A stretch of 64,000 bases of DNA from Ruminococcus sp. (GTDB taxonomy: Bacteria; Bacillota; Clostridia; Oscillospirales; Ruminococcaceae), in the NCBI GenBank assembly GCA_017397925.1, contig JAFQHO010000047.1:4750-68749 (forward strand), written 5' to 3'. The stretch's first letter is position 1; each line of letters opens with the position of its first letter. Shown here piece after piece: positions 41,286-50,531 of this stretch. The notes beneath the pieces were generated by a model. It worked only from the letters and a program-made list of their open reading frames with translations, made no database searches and was not told the origin of the DNA. Both the position numbers and the translations under genes were made by a program.

Positions 41286-41404
41286 AGTAGGCAAAGATGA
41301 TGAGCAGAAATGATGTATGTCAAGACGGACGACGAAAGCATACTGACGTATGGTGAGGAGAACAACGACGACATACATCATTTATGCCATTAGATTTGTC
41401 TACT
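41286..41404. repeat. Nested palindromic intergenic element
   Basis: Perfect 14-bp IR AAATGATGTATGTC (41308-41321) / GACATACATCATTT (41370-41383); outer AGTAGGCAAA/TTTGTCTACT; inner CATAC-TGAC-GTATG. Confidence 0.6.
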
Positions 41405-41459
41405 GTTGTTTCAGAATAACCTATAAATTAAAGCGGACGATTTCTCGTCCGCTTATGTT

Positions 41460-42701
41460 TTATTCGCTATCTTTGATTATTTCTATAATTAGTTTTTCAA
41501 CTTTAATTTCATCAACATCCACAGCAGCAATAGAAAATCTTCCTGTTTCCACTGTTTCGCCGGATTCGGGAATGTGCCCCATAATATCTGTCACCCAACC
41601 GCCTATTGTAGTATATTCCGTGTCAAATTCATCCTCTGAAATGCCAAGCATTTCAGCAAAATCATAAATATTCGTATCACCTAAAACTTCGTATCTGTTA
41701 GTATCAAGCTTATGAATATTCGTTACAATTTCATCTTCTTCGTCGTAAATCTCTCCAACAAGTTCTTCAATAATATCTTCAAGTGTTACAATACCTTTTG
41801 TTCCACCATACTGATCAGTAACAACAGCAAGATGAACCTTCGATCTTTGCATAAAACGCATAGCTTCGCTAATGAGATTAGTGTCAGCTATATGAGGAAC
41901 TTCCTGTATAATCTGAGCTATATCTCTTTTTCCCTGGCCGAGCATTTTGAAAAAAGTTTTATTTGTAATAATACCGACAATATTATCAAGACTTTTTTCA
42001 TATACAGGAAGTCTTGAGTACATCTCAGTATTGAAAATCCGCTTGATTTCGTCAATTGACTCACTTAGCTCAATACCTACAACTTTAACTCGCGGAATAA
42101 GAATTTCATTTACAGTTATATCATCAAAATCAAGGGCATTTTTCATAAGTTCACTTTCCTGCTCCTCGATTACGCCTTCTTCCTCGATTTCATCAATCAT
42201 ATATTTCAGCTCATCCTCAGTAACTGTGGGTGCATCATCTCCCTTGAACATTGAGGACATTTTATTGAGCATCCATATAAATGGCTTGAATAACACCACC
42301 AGAAATGAAAGAGGCGTCGCAAAAAGAAGCGCTAATTTTTCAGAATTTCTTTTTGCATATGATTTAGGCAATACTTCGCAAAATATAAGAACAAGAACAG
42401 TTACAACTGCCGTTGAAATAGCTGCACCGCTATCACCAAAAATATCACAAAAGATTACAGTTGCAACAGATGATGTACCAATATTTACAATATTATTACC
42501 AATAAGTACAGCTGTAATTACATCATCAAATCGATTAGCAAGCTTTAATGCCTTCCCTGCTTTTTTATTTCCCTGCGCCTCATAATTTTTTAATCTCAGC
42601 TTATTTACCGTTGAATATGCCGTTTCTGTTCCGGAAAACAACGCAGAAAACACCATCATCGCCAATACAAGTATCAATTTCGGTATAAGTGAACTGTCCA
42701 T
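41460..42701 (-). CDS. CNNM/TlyC-CorC family transporter (DUF21 + CBS + CorC domains)
   Basis: FSGTETA, LIGNNIVNI, EVLPKS, SRLPVY, DQYGGT.GIVTLEDIIEE.VGEI.DE. Confidence 0.9.
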   Translation of the reverse strand: MDSSLIPKLILVLAMMVFSALFSGTETAYSTVNKLRLKNYEAQGNKKAGKALKLANRFDDVITAVLIGNNIVNIGTSSVATVIFCDIFGDSGAAISTAVVTVLVLIFCEVLPKSYAKRNSEKLALLFATPLSFLVVLFKPFIWMLNKMSSMFKGDDAPTVTEDELKYMIDEIEEEGVIEEQESELMKNALDFDDITVNEILIPRVKVVGIELSESIDEIKRIFNTEMYSRLPVYEKSLDNIVGIITNKTFFKMLGQGKRDIAQIIQEVPHIADTNLISEAMRFMQRSKVHLAVVTDQYGGTKGIVTLEDIIEELVGEIYDEEDEIVTNIHKLDTNRYEVLGDTNIYDFAEMLGISEDEFDTEYTTIGGWVTDIMGHIPESGETVETGRFSIAAVDVDEIKVEKLIIEIIKDSE

Positions 42702-42881
42702 AAAGTTTTTTTCAATCTCCTCTTTTGAATAAATTAATTTTTGATATCTCTTTTAAACAAATCTCCCAGAGCAAAACCCTGAGAGATTTCTACAATATTC
42801 AATTATATCACATTACGCCGACTTTTTCAATAGTAAAAATAGCTATTCTTTTGTAAATTTTTATGCACTTATATAGCTGAT

Positions 42882-43811
42882 TTATTCGGAAAAAAGGGCG
42901 GTTGTAAGGTATCTGTCACCTGAATCAGGAAGAATTACAACTATATTTTTCCCGTGATTTTCCTGTCGCTTTGCAATAGTAATCGCACCATAAAATGCAG
43001 CTCCCGAAGATATTCCCACGAGGATCCCCTCTTTTCTGCCTATTAATCTGCTTACTTCATATGCCTGTTCCTCGGTAACCGCAATAACTTCATCGTAAAT
43101 CTGCGTATCAAGAATATCGGGAACAAAGCCTGCTCCGATACCCTGCAAACCGTGACTGCCAGCGTTTCCGCCGGAAAGTACAGAAGACGAGGCAGGTTCA
43201 ACCGCAACTATTTTTATATCGGGATTTTTCTCTTTCAAATATTTTGCCGTACCTGTAAGAGTTCCCCCTGTGCCTACACCTGCTACAAAAATATCTATCT
43301 TTCCTTTTGTATCCTTCCATATTTCCGGCCCTGTAGTTTCGTAATGAGCCTTGGCATTGTCGGGATTTGAAAATTGCTGCGGTATAAAGCTATCAGGGAT
43401 TTCAGCGGCTAATTTCTCCGCCTTTGCAATAGCCCCTGCCATACCTTTTGAACCCTCTGTGAGAACAAGTTCCGCACCGTAGGCTTTCATCAATATACGG
43501 CGTTCTTCGGACATTGTATCGGGCATTACAATAATTACACGATACCCTCTTGACGCACCAACTGATGCAAGGCCAATGCCCGTATTGCCCGAAGTAGGCT
43601 CAATTATAACGGATTCGGCAGTAATCAGACCTTTCTTTTCCGCCTCGTCAAGCATAGTTTTTGCAGCTCTGTCCTTAACTGAACCTGTGGGATTGAGGTA
43701 TTCAAGCTTTGCGAGGATTTTCCCCTGCAAACCGTATTCCTTTTCAATATTTCCAAACTCCATAATGGGAGTTTTGCCGATAAGTTCATCCACCGACTGA
43801 TAAATATTCAT
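42882..43811 (-). CDS. cysK: Cysteine synthase A
   Basis: NPTGSVKDR, EPTSGNTGIG, GVGTGGT, GIGAGF, PDSGDRY. Confidence 0.93.
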   Translation of the reverse strand: MNIYQSVDELIGKTPIMEFGNIEKEYGLQGKILAKLEYLNPTGSVKDRAAKTMLDEAEKKGLITAESVIIEPTSGNTGIGLASVGASRGYRVIIVMPDTMSEERRILMKAYGAELVLTEGSKGMAGAIAKAEKLAAEIPDSFIPQQFSNPDNAKAHYETTGPEIWKDTKGKIDIFVAGVGTGGTLTGTAKYLKEKNPDIKIVAVEPASSSVLSGGNAGSHGLQGIGAGFVPDILDTQIYDEVIAVTEEQAYEVSRLIGRKEGILVGISSGAAFYGAITIAKRQENHGKNIVVILPDSGDRYLTTALFSE

Positions 43812-43820
43812 AAATTCACC

Positions 43821-45959
43821 TTATTCTGCTTGTGTTTCAAGCCACTTCTCCATATCTGTTTCTATTCCGCCTGTTGAAGTATATGCGTAGAACGCAAGGA
43901 TTGACGAAGCATCAGAGGAATCAATTTTATCGTCTTTGTTTACATCGGCCGCCTTTTTCGCCTTATCATCAAATGTGAGAGTTCCGTTTGTGGAAATTGC
44001 TGCATATTCCGCAAGTACAAGTGAAGCATCTACAGAACTTACAGAACCATCGCTGTCAACGTCGCCGAGAGGAATTTTTACTTCAACTATTTCATCGGAA
44101 ACCTCGATATCTTTTATTACATATTTAGCTTTTCCCTTATTTGTTACAACAACACGGATTTTAGATACTCCTGATACATCAATACTCTGCTTTGTCGGTA
44201 CCATTCCCGATGTCAAAATGATTTCCTCAGCAAGAACATTATCCAGATATATCTTTGCTGTTGAATCTGAAAGAGCTGTTTCGTCAACGTGTCCCCATAC
44301 CCAGGATATTGAATTAATGCTTTCTGTATTAATTACAAAAGATGAAGTACTTGTAGAACTTGAATACTGGCCATTAAAAACTATACCATTATAACAACTT
44401 TCGTTATTTACTTTATATGCTTCAAGTTCACTTACAAAATCAAATGTATTCGCATTATAAATGTCAAAGGCAGATGCCGCAAATGCCTTACCGTCTTTAT
44501 AATCAGGTGTAACAAATGATTTCTTAGCCTTTATTTCGTCTATTCCGATTTCCGCCAATGCAAATTTATCTTTTCCATTATGAGTTACACTTAATCTGAG
44601 ATTCTTACAGTCTGCTACATCAAATACAACATCACTAAAAAGCATATTACAATCCAACTCAATTTTTTCACTGAGAACATTGTCTTTATATACTGATAAC
44701 ACAGCATTTGTCATTGCTGTATTATCAACATGACCAAATGTTCCTTTTATTGTATCTACATTCTCAACATTAAAATCTACAATTGATGTAGATTTACTGC
44801 TTGAATAAACACCGCTGAAAAGTAATCCCTGATAATAATTTCTGCCGTTTATCTTTACAGATTCAAGGTCACTTACAGCTGTAAAACTTGACACATTCTG
44901 TACATTATAGACATCGCTGATAAACATCTCAGAAGTACCGTATGTAGGTGATTTACCTGTTTTTGGAGCAGTATTCGTATCAATTGTTATGTCTGTCATT
45001 GCAAAGCTTGCTTTTCCATCAAAATCAATTATAAATCTGAGTTCCGCTGTTTTAGAAACATCAATAGAATAATCTGATATTTCCATTGTAGCTGAAAGTG
45101 CAAATTTATCTACAAGAACATCATCGTGATAAACTGATACAGTGGCATTTGTCATTTGTGTATTATCAATGTGACCCATTGAAAAAGAAAGCTTATCAAT
45201 ATTTTCTGTATTAAAGCTGGCAGTAGCCGAACTTGCTGAAGAATTAAAACGTCCGCTGAAAATAATCCCTTGATAATAGTATCTTCCGTTAATTCTCTGT
45301 GCATCAAGGTCACTTACAGTTGAAAAGCTGCTATTATATGTAGAATTATATCTACCCTGAATAAAAGCGTCAACAGAATTATATGTGGGAACTACAGGCG
45401 ATGTTACAGGTTTCATATCATCAACAGCTACATCCGCCATTGCAAATTTAGCCTTGCCTGCGAAAGTTACAGATATTTTCAATACAGATGCAGCAGATAC
45501 ATCCAAAGAATTTTTCTGTTGTAACATATTTTCTGACAAAACATATTTATCTGTAAGAACATCGTCAAGATAAATTGACACCGTTGCACCTTTCATTGCT
45601 GTATTATCAACGTGTCCCCATACCCATGACAGCGATGAAACATCCTTTGTGTTATAATTGATAGATGCAGTTGATTCAGAACTTTCATAACGTCCCGCAA
45701 AAACAACACCCTGATTGTATGTTCTGCCGTTCATATTGAATGTCTTTGAACCGTCGCTATAAATTGTAGCATTTTTAGCGTCATATCCGCCTGCAAGAAA
45801 GCTTTCCGCTGTCAATGCTTCTTCCTTTTCTTCTGTTTCAGCCTTGTCAGCTGTTTCAGCCGCAGCTGCATAATTCATTGCAGCATGGGGATAAACACCT
45901 GTTGAGCTGCAGATTACTACACCTGCAATAAGTCCTGTGACAATACGTTTTAAATTCAT
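43821..45959 (-). CDS. Secreted protein with four tandem ~145-aa NPCBM/NEW2-like repeats and a C-terminal dockerin
   Basis: Repeat core NGR.Y.QG..F.G...GH.DNT.M..A....Y.D occurs four times; GDVDSDG/ADVNKDD dockerin. Confidence 0.75.
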   Translation of the reverse strand: MNLKRIVTGLIAGVVICSSTGVYPHAAMNYAAAAETADKAETEEKEEALTAESFLAGGYDAKNATIYSDGSKTFNMNGRTYNQGVVFAGRYESSESTASINYNTKDVSSLSWVWGHVDNTAMKGATVSIYLDDVLTDKYVLSENMLQQKNSLDVSAASVLKISVTFAGKAKFAMADVAVDDMKPVTSPVVPTYNSVDAFIQGRYNSTYNSSFSTVSDLDAQRINGRYYYQGIIFSGRFNSSASSATASFNTENIDKLSFSMGHIDNTQMTNATVSVYHDDVLVDKFALSATMEISDYSIDVSKTAELRFIIDFDGKASFAMTDITIDTNTAPKTGKSPTYGTSEMFISDVYNVQNVSSFTAVSDLESVKINGRNYYQGLLFSGVYSSSKSTSIVDFNVENVDTIKGTFGHVDNTAMTNAVLSVYKDNVLSEKIELDCNMLFSDVVFDVADCKNLRLSVTHNGKDKFALAEIGIDEIKAKKSFVTPDYKDGKAFAASAFDIYNANTFDFVSELEAYKVNNESCYNGIVFNGQYSSSTSTSSFVINTESINSISWVWGHVDETALSDSTAKIYLDNVLAEEIILTSGMVPTKQSIDVSGVSKIRVVVTNKGKAKYVIKDIEVSDEIVEVKIPLGDVDSDGSVSSVDASLVLAEYAAISTNGTLTFDDKAKKAADVNKDDKIDSSDASSILAFYAYTSTGGIETDMEKWLETQAE

Positions 45960-46123
45960 AATTTAACCTCCATATAAATTTCATATGTTTTCTACATATT
46001 ATTATTTTAACAAATCCAACATAACTTGTCAAGTAAAAAAATTCTCCCAATCTATTGCAAATTTTGTCCTTTTATGATACAATTATAATAGTATATTATG
46101 TGTATTTTCAGGAGGATAAAACT

Positions 46124-48463
46124 ATGGATAATAAAAGACCAAGAGCAAGACAGAAAAATGTCACATCAGGCGGCAGCGGAGTTCACAGACGTGGCAGCGG
46201 ACTTGGTACAGGCCCTGTGGGCTCAGGTAAAATAAGCTCTGGAAAAACAGGTGGAAGCGGTATGAAACGTGCCGCTGTCGGAGGCGGTATCAGCATCCCA
46301 ACTCTGCTTATTATCGGCTTTGCTATTATTAAAATGCTGGGCGGTGGCGGAAACGGAGCTTCTCAGCAGCAGCAGGACTTTATCCAGAATAACAACAACT
46401 CATTTTCAGGCGTCGATTTCTCTGACACAGGCAGTTCAGCGCAGATTGACAACAGCGTAGCTGCAGGTTCAAGAAACAAATACACAAATATTCTTGGCAG
46501 CAAAAACGACACTGTTACTGTAATGATTTACGTATGCGGTACTGACCTTGAATCAAAGCACGGTATGGCTTCTTCTGATATTCAGGAAATGGCATCAGCT
46601 AATTTCGGAGATAATGTAAATGTAATTCTCTACACAGGCGGCTGTAAACAGTGGAAAATTAACGGTATCAGCAATAAAGTTCATCAGATATACCAAATTA
46701 AAGACGGCGAACTTCTCCGTCTTGAAGATGATATGGGCAAGGGAGCTATGACTGACCCCGAAAATCTCACAGAATTCATCAAATACTGCAACAAACATTT
46801 CCCTGCTAACCGTAATAATCTCATTATGTGGGATCACGGCGGCGGCTCTGTCAGCGGTTATGGTTATGATGAAACTAATACATTAAGCGGCTCAATGGAT
46901 TTAGCAGAAATTGACAAGGCTCTCACAAATGCAGGAGTAAAGTTTGATTTTATCGGCTTTGATGCCTGTCTTATGGCTACTGCCGAAACTGCTCTTATGC
47001 TTAACGACCACGCAGATTATATGATTGCTTCCGAGGAAACAGAACCGGGTATCGGTTGGTATTATACAAACTGGCTTACAAAGCTTGGCAAGAATACGTC
47101 TATGCCTACAGTTGAAATCGGTAAGAATATTATTGACGATTTCGTTGATACCTGTGCAAAAAAATGCCGCGGTCAGAAAACCACACTTTCAATTATTGAT
47201 CTGGCAGAATTTTCAAATACTGTGCCTGATAAGCTTAATTCATTTGCTCAGTCAATCAGCACAAAGCTTACAAATAAGGAATACAAGGAAGTTTCCGATG
47301 CTCGTTATACAACCCGTGAATTTGCTGTAAGCTCCAAAATTGACCAGGTTGACCTTGCTCACCTTGCGCTCAATATGGATAACAACGAAGGTAAAGCTCT
47401 CAGCGATGCTATACAGAACGCTGTTAAATATAATCGTACATCTTCCGATATAAGCAATGCCTACGGCGTATCAATCTATTTCCCCTACAGAAAGACATCA
47501 AGCGTTGATGCAGCCTGCAATACATACAATAAAATTGGTATGGACTCCGAATACAGCCAGTGTATAAAGCAGTTTGCAAGCCTTGAAACAGCAGGACAGA
47601 TTTCAGCTGGAGGTACCTCCTCCCCTGTCCCCTCACTTCTTGATATGCTTGGAAGTGCAACAGGCTCATCAGGCGGAAGCGCTGATATGATTGGTCAGCT
47701 GCTCGGTTCTTTCCTCGGCGGTGCTTCTGACAGGACAATTGAAGGCCTTGACAGCTCAAATACAGCTTATATGAACGATAACGCCCTTTCTACCGATGAT
47801 ACAGCTGAATATATCTCCGCAAACTATTTTGACCCTACAAACCTCGTGTGGGAGCAGAACAGTAACGGCGAATATATTATGGAACTTCCCGAAAAACAGT
47901 GGGAGCTTGTACACACTCTTGACAAAAACCTGTTCTATGATGACGGTACAGGCTATGTTGATATGGGACTTGACAACGTGTTTACATTTGATGATGACGG
48001 AAATCTCATTGCAGATACCGATGATACCTGGGTAGCAATCGACGGTCAGCCTGTTGCATATTACCACACAGATACAACAGAGTTCGGCAATGACAGATAT
48101 TCAATTTCAGGCTATGTTCCTGCACTTCTCAACGATGAGCGTGTAAATCTAATCATAGTATTTGATTCTGAAAATCCCAATGGCTATATTGCAGGAGCTT
48201 CAACTGACTATATAAACGCAGAAACAGATACAGTTGCAAAGAATATGATTGAGCTTGAAGCTGGCGATACTCTCGACTTTATCTGTGATTATTACGACTA
48301 TAGCGGCAACTACAGCGACAGCTATTTCCTCGGCGAGCAGATGACAGTTTCCGATAATATGGAAATCAGCAATGTAAGCGTAGGCGACGGAAACCTCAAA
48401 ATCAGCTATTGCTTTACTGATATTTACAATCAGATTTACTGGACTGAGGCGATTAACAAGTAA
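46124..48463 (+). CDS. Clostripain-family (C11) cysteine peptidase, membrane anchored
   Basis: VMIYVCGTDLES, WDHGGG (His), FDACLM (Cys), ASEETEPG; Gly-rich N-terminus plus one TM. Confidence 0.85.
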   Translation: MDNKRPRARQKNVTSGGSGVHRRGSGLGTGPVGSGKISSGKTGGSGMKRAAVGGGISIPTLLIIGFAIIKMLGGGGNGASQQQQDFIQNNNNSFSGVDFSDTGSSAQIDNSVAAGSRNKYTNILGSKNDTVTVMIYVCGTDLESKHGMASSDIQEMASANFGDNVNVILYTGGCKQWKINGISNKVHQIYQIKDGELLRLEDDMGKGAMTDPENLTEFIKYCNKHFPANRNNLIMWDHGGGSVSGYGYDETNTLSGSMDLAEIDKALTNAGVKFDFIGFDACLMATAETALMLNDHADYMIASEETEPGIGWYYTNWLTKLGKNTSMPTVEIGKNIIDDFVDTCAKKCRGQKTTLSIIDLAEFSNTVPDKLNSFAQSISTKLTNKEYKEVSDARYTTREFAVSSKIDQVDLAHLALNMDNNEGKALSDAIQNAVKYNRTSSDISNAYGVSIYFPYRKTSSVDAACNTYNKIGMDSEYSQCIKQFASLETAGQISAGGTSSPVPSLLDMLGSATGSSGGSADMIGQLLGSFLGGASDRTIEGLDSSNTAYMNDNALSTDDTAEYISANYFDPTNLVWEQNSNGEYIMELPEKQWELVHTLDKNLFYDDGTGYVDMGLDNVFTFDDDGNLIADTDDTWVAIDGQPVAYYHTDTTEFGNDRYSISGYVPALLNDERVNLIIVFDSENPNGYIAGASTDYINAETDTVAKNMIELEAGDTLDFICDYYDYSGNYSDSYFLGEQMTVSDNMEISNVSVGDGNLKISYCFTDIYNQIYWTEAINK

Positions 48464-48517
48464 TATTAAAAAAACACCGTATATGGCAAACAACTGCCAT
48501 ATACGGTAATTTTTTAT

Positions 48518-48675
48518 GGGCATCTCTAAAAACCCATTTGATTAAAGAAAAAACAGATAGGTGCGGCAGCTGCAAGGAAACCTTCCGAAGGCGTGCTGCC
48601 GCACTCCGAGGGAGGTTGACGAAGCATCTGTCGTGCATAGCTGTTTTTTCTCAAAAGGGGTTTTTAGAGATGCCC
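48518..48675. mobile_element. MITE-like element, 158 bp
   Basis: Perfect 18-bp TIRs GGGCATCTCTAAAAACCC / GGGTTTTTAGAGATGCCC; TTAT on both flanks (4-bp TSD); internal nested IRs; no transposase. Confidence 0.75.
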
Positions 48676-48864
48676 TTATATCATTGCTTAAAGTACCACT
48701 CAAAAATCAACCTATATAAACAAATAATAATTCATATTAAAAGTCTGTTAACAAAAAATTTACTCTGTATTCACAGAAAAAATGTGACCTTTTTGGGGTC
48801 TCGTGCGTTATATATATAGAGGGAAGAAAGCAAGTCCAATAAGAAATCACCGCTACATATATAA

Positions 48865-49527
48865 TCACATCTTATCCGAAGTCCACACAAAATGATAGTT
48901 TATAGACTCGCCGCCGTCTACAAGAATATTCTGCCCTGTACAAAAAGTATTTGTAACAGTAAGAAAATACGCCCACTGTGCGATTTCCTCAGGGGTTGCC
49001 CATTTTTTCAGCGGAGTTTCCTCCATTATCTGCTCCCACAGCACAGGGTCATTAATTACACACTCATTAAGAGGTGTAAGCACTCCACCTGGGTCTAAAC
49101 TGTTGCAGGTCGCCCCATAGGGAGCAATACGCATAGCCACATTTTTTGTATAAGCAAGAACGCCGCCCTTACTTGCACAGTATTCGGGAAATTCAGCTCC
49201 TGTATGACCGCTTGCGGAGCCTATATTCAGAATTGATTTAATACAAGGATGAATACCATATTTTTCAGTAATAAAAATAAGAGCTTTCAGATTTATATCA
49301 ATATCTTCCTCATTCTGCGTTCCCGCATTATTGATAAGAATGTCGATATCCTCAATTTCAGGCAGCTTTTCCTTATCCCTCACATCACATTCGTAATGGG
49401 TATAATTCTCGTTATCTATGCTTTTGCCCTGCCTGTCAATGCCGATAACGGTATGACCTTCCCTTAAAAAAAGCTCAGCAATAGCCTTTCCAATACCCTG
49501 TGATGTACCCGTAATTAATATTTTCAT
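48865..49527 (-). CDS. SDR family oxidoreductase
   Basis: TGTSQGIG, NNAG, YCASK. Confidence 0.9.
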   Translation of the reverse strand: MKILITGTSQGIGKAIAELFLREGHTVIGIDRQGKSIDNENYTHYECDVRDKEKLPEIEDIDILINNAGTQNEEDIDINLKALIFITEKYGIHPCIKSILNIGSASGHTGAEFPEYCASKGGVLAYTKNVAMRIAPYGATCNSLDPGGVLTPLNECVINDPVLWEQIMEETPLKKWATPEEIAQWAYFLTVTNTFCTGQNILVDGGESINYHFVWTSDKM

Positions 49528-50264
49528 TCAGATTTCTTCCTCTCTACAAATTCAAAATAGTCCTTGCCGATGTTTTCAGCCTTCCATTTTCTGGTAATAC
49601 GGTATCCGAATGGAGAAAATATAATCTCCATAAGCAATTCCGCCATAGCACCTGTTAATGCACAAGTTGCACATTGCAGAACAGTCCAGCAGAAACCGTC
49701 CCAGAAAATTGGCGCAAAGAAAACGAACACAATAACTGAAAAGATGAAATTATCAAGAAATTGTCCAATAAAAGTAGATATATAAGTTCTCATTGCATAA
49801 GCAAGCTTTCCGTCAGGATTATTACGAAAACATTTGCCGATTGTATGATTAAGAATATTATTAATTACAGCAGATGACAGAAAAGCAACAGTACTGCCCA
49901 GAAGTACAAACCATGTACCGCCAAAAATGCCGTCAAATGCGGTGTAATCATCTGCTGTCGATGGAATAATACTTGCTACAAAGAAAATAAGACAGGTAAG
50001 CAAATTAATTGATACCGCGTGAAGGGAAATAATCGATGAAGCCTTAGGACCGAAATGTTTTGTGATGATATCCATACACATAAAAGATAACCAAGAGATA
50101 AGAATACCGCCGTCAAGGGCAATCCAGTCAAGTTGAAGCAGGGTTTTATTTGCAAGCAGATTCATACATACAACACTAACAGCAAACAATGTTACTACAT
50201 TGGCCGGTATAGTTCTCAGCAATATTTTCGATTCATCATACAGTTCTCGTAGTTTCATAATCAA
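49524..50264 (-). CDS. VUT family transporter (putative queuosine-precursor transporter)
   Basis: Multi-TM; DIITKHFG; R.YIST.IGQFLDN.IF. Confidence 0.75.
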   Translation of the reverse strand: MIMKLRELYDESKILLRTIPANVVTLFAVSVVCMNLLANKTLLQLDWIALDGGILISWLSFMCMDIITKHFGPKASSIISLHAVSINLLTCLIFFVASIIPSTADDYTAFDGIFGGTWFVLLGSTVAFLSSAVINNILNHTIGKCFRNNPDGKLAYAMRTYISTFIGQFLDNFIFSVIVFVFFAPIFWDGFCWTVLQCATCALTGAMAELLMEIIFSPFGYRITRKWKAENIGKDYFEFVERKKSE

Positions 50265-50531
50265 ACATAAACCTTCTCAATATATATTGCGGCAACATTA
50301 CACAAGCTTTCATGCAGGATAGAGATATGTTTATCTGATAATAACCTTATCCTACTATTTTGAAACCTTATTGCCAATAATATTATACATCAAGCCAATG
50401 GGAAAGTCAACTCATCAAATGAACAGAATTATCAGCTCAACAACATAGTTTTTTCTGCAAAATAATACCGCATACAGCAAATATGCCATATGCGGTAATG
50501 AAAGTGCTGATATACAATTCAGACTGTTTTA

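Noticed and set aside
48200-48819. Short ORFs over the MITE region (48200-48523, 48453-48638, 48538-48819)
   Set aside because: By-products of the palindromic element; no coding signal.
50265-50380. Known preQ1 or purine riboswitch before the VUT gene
   Set aside because: Class I-III preQ1 and purine aptamer signatures are not recognisable; the TATAAT there is better explained as the -10 box. Kept only as an unassigned candidate.
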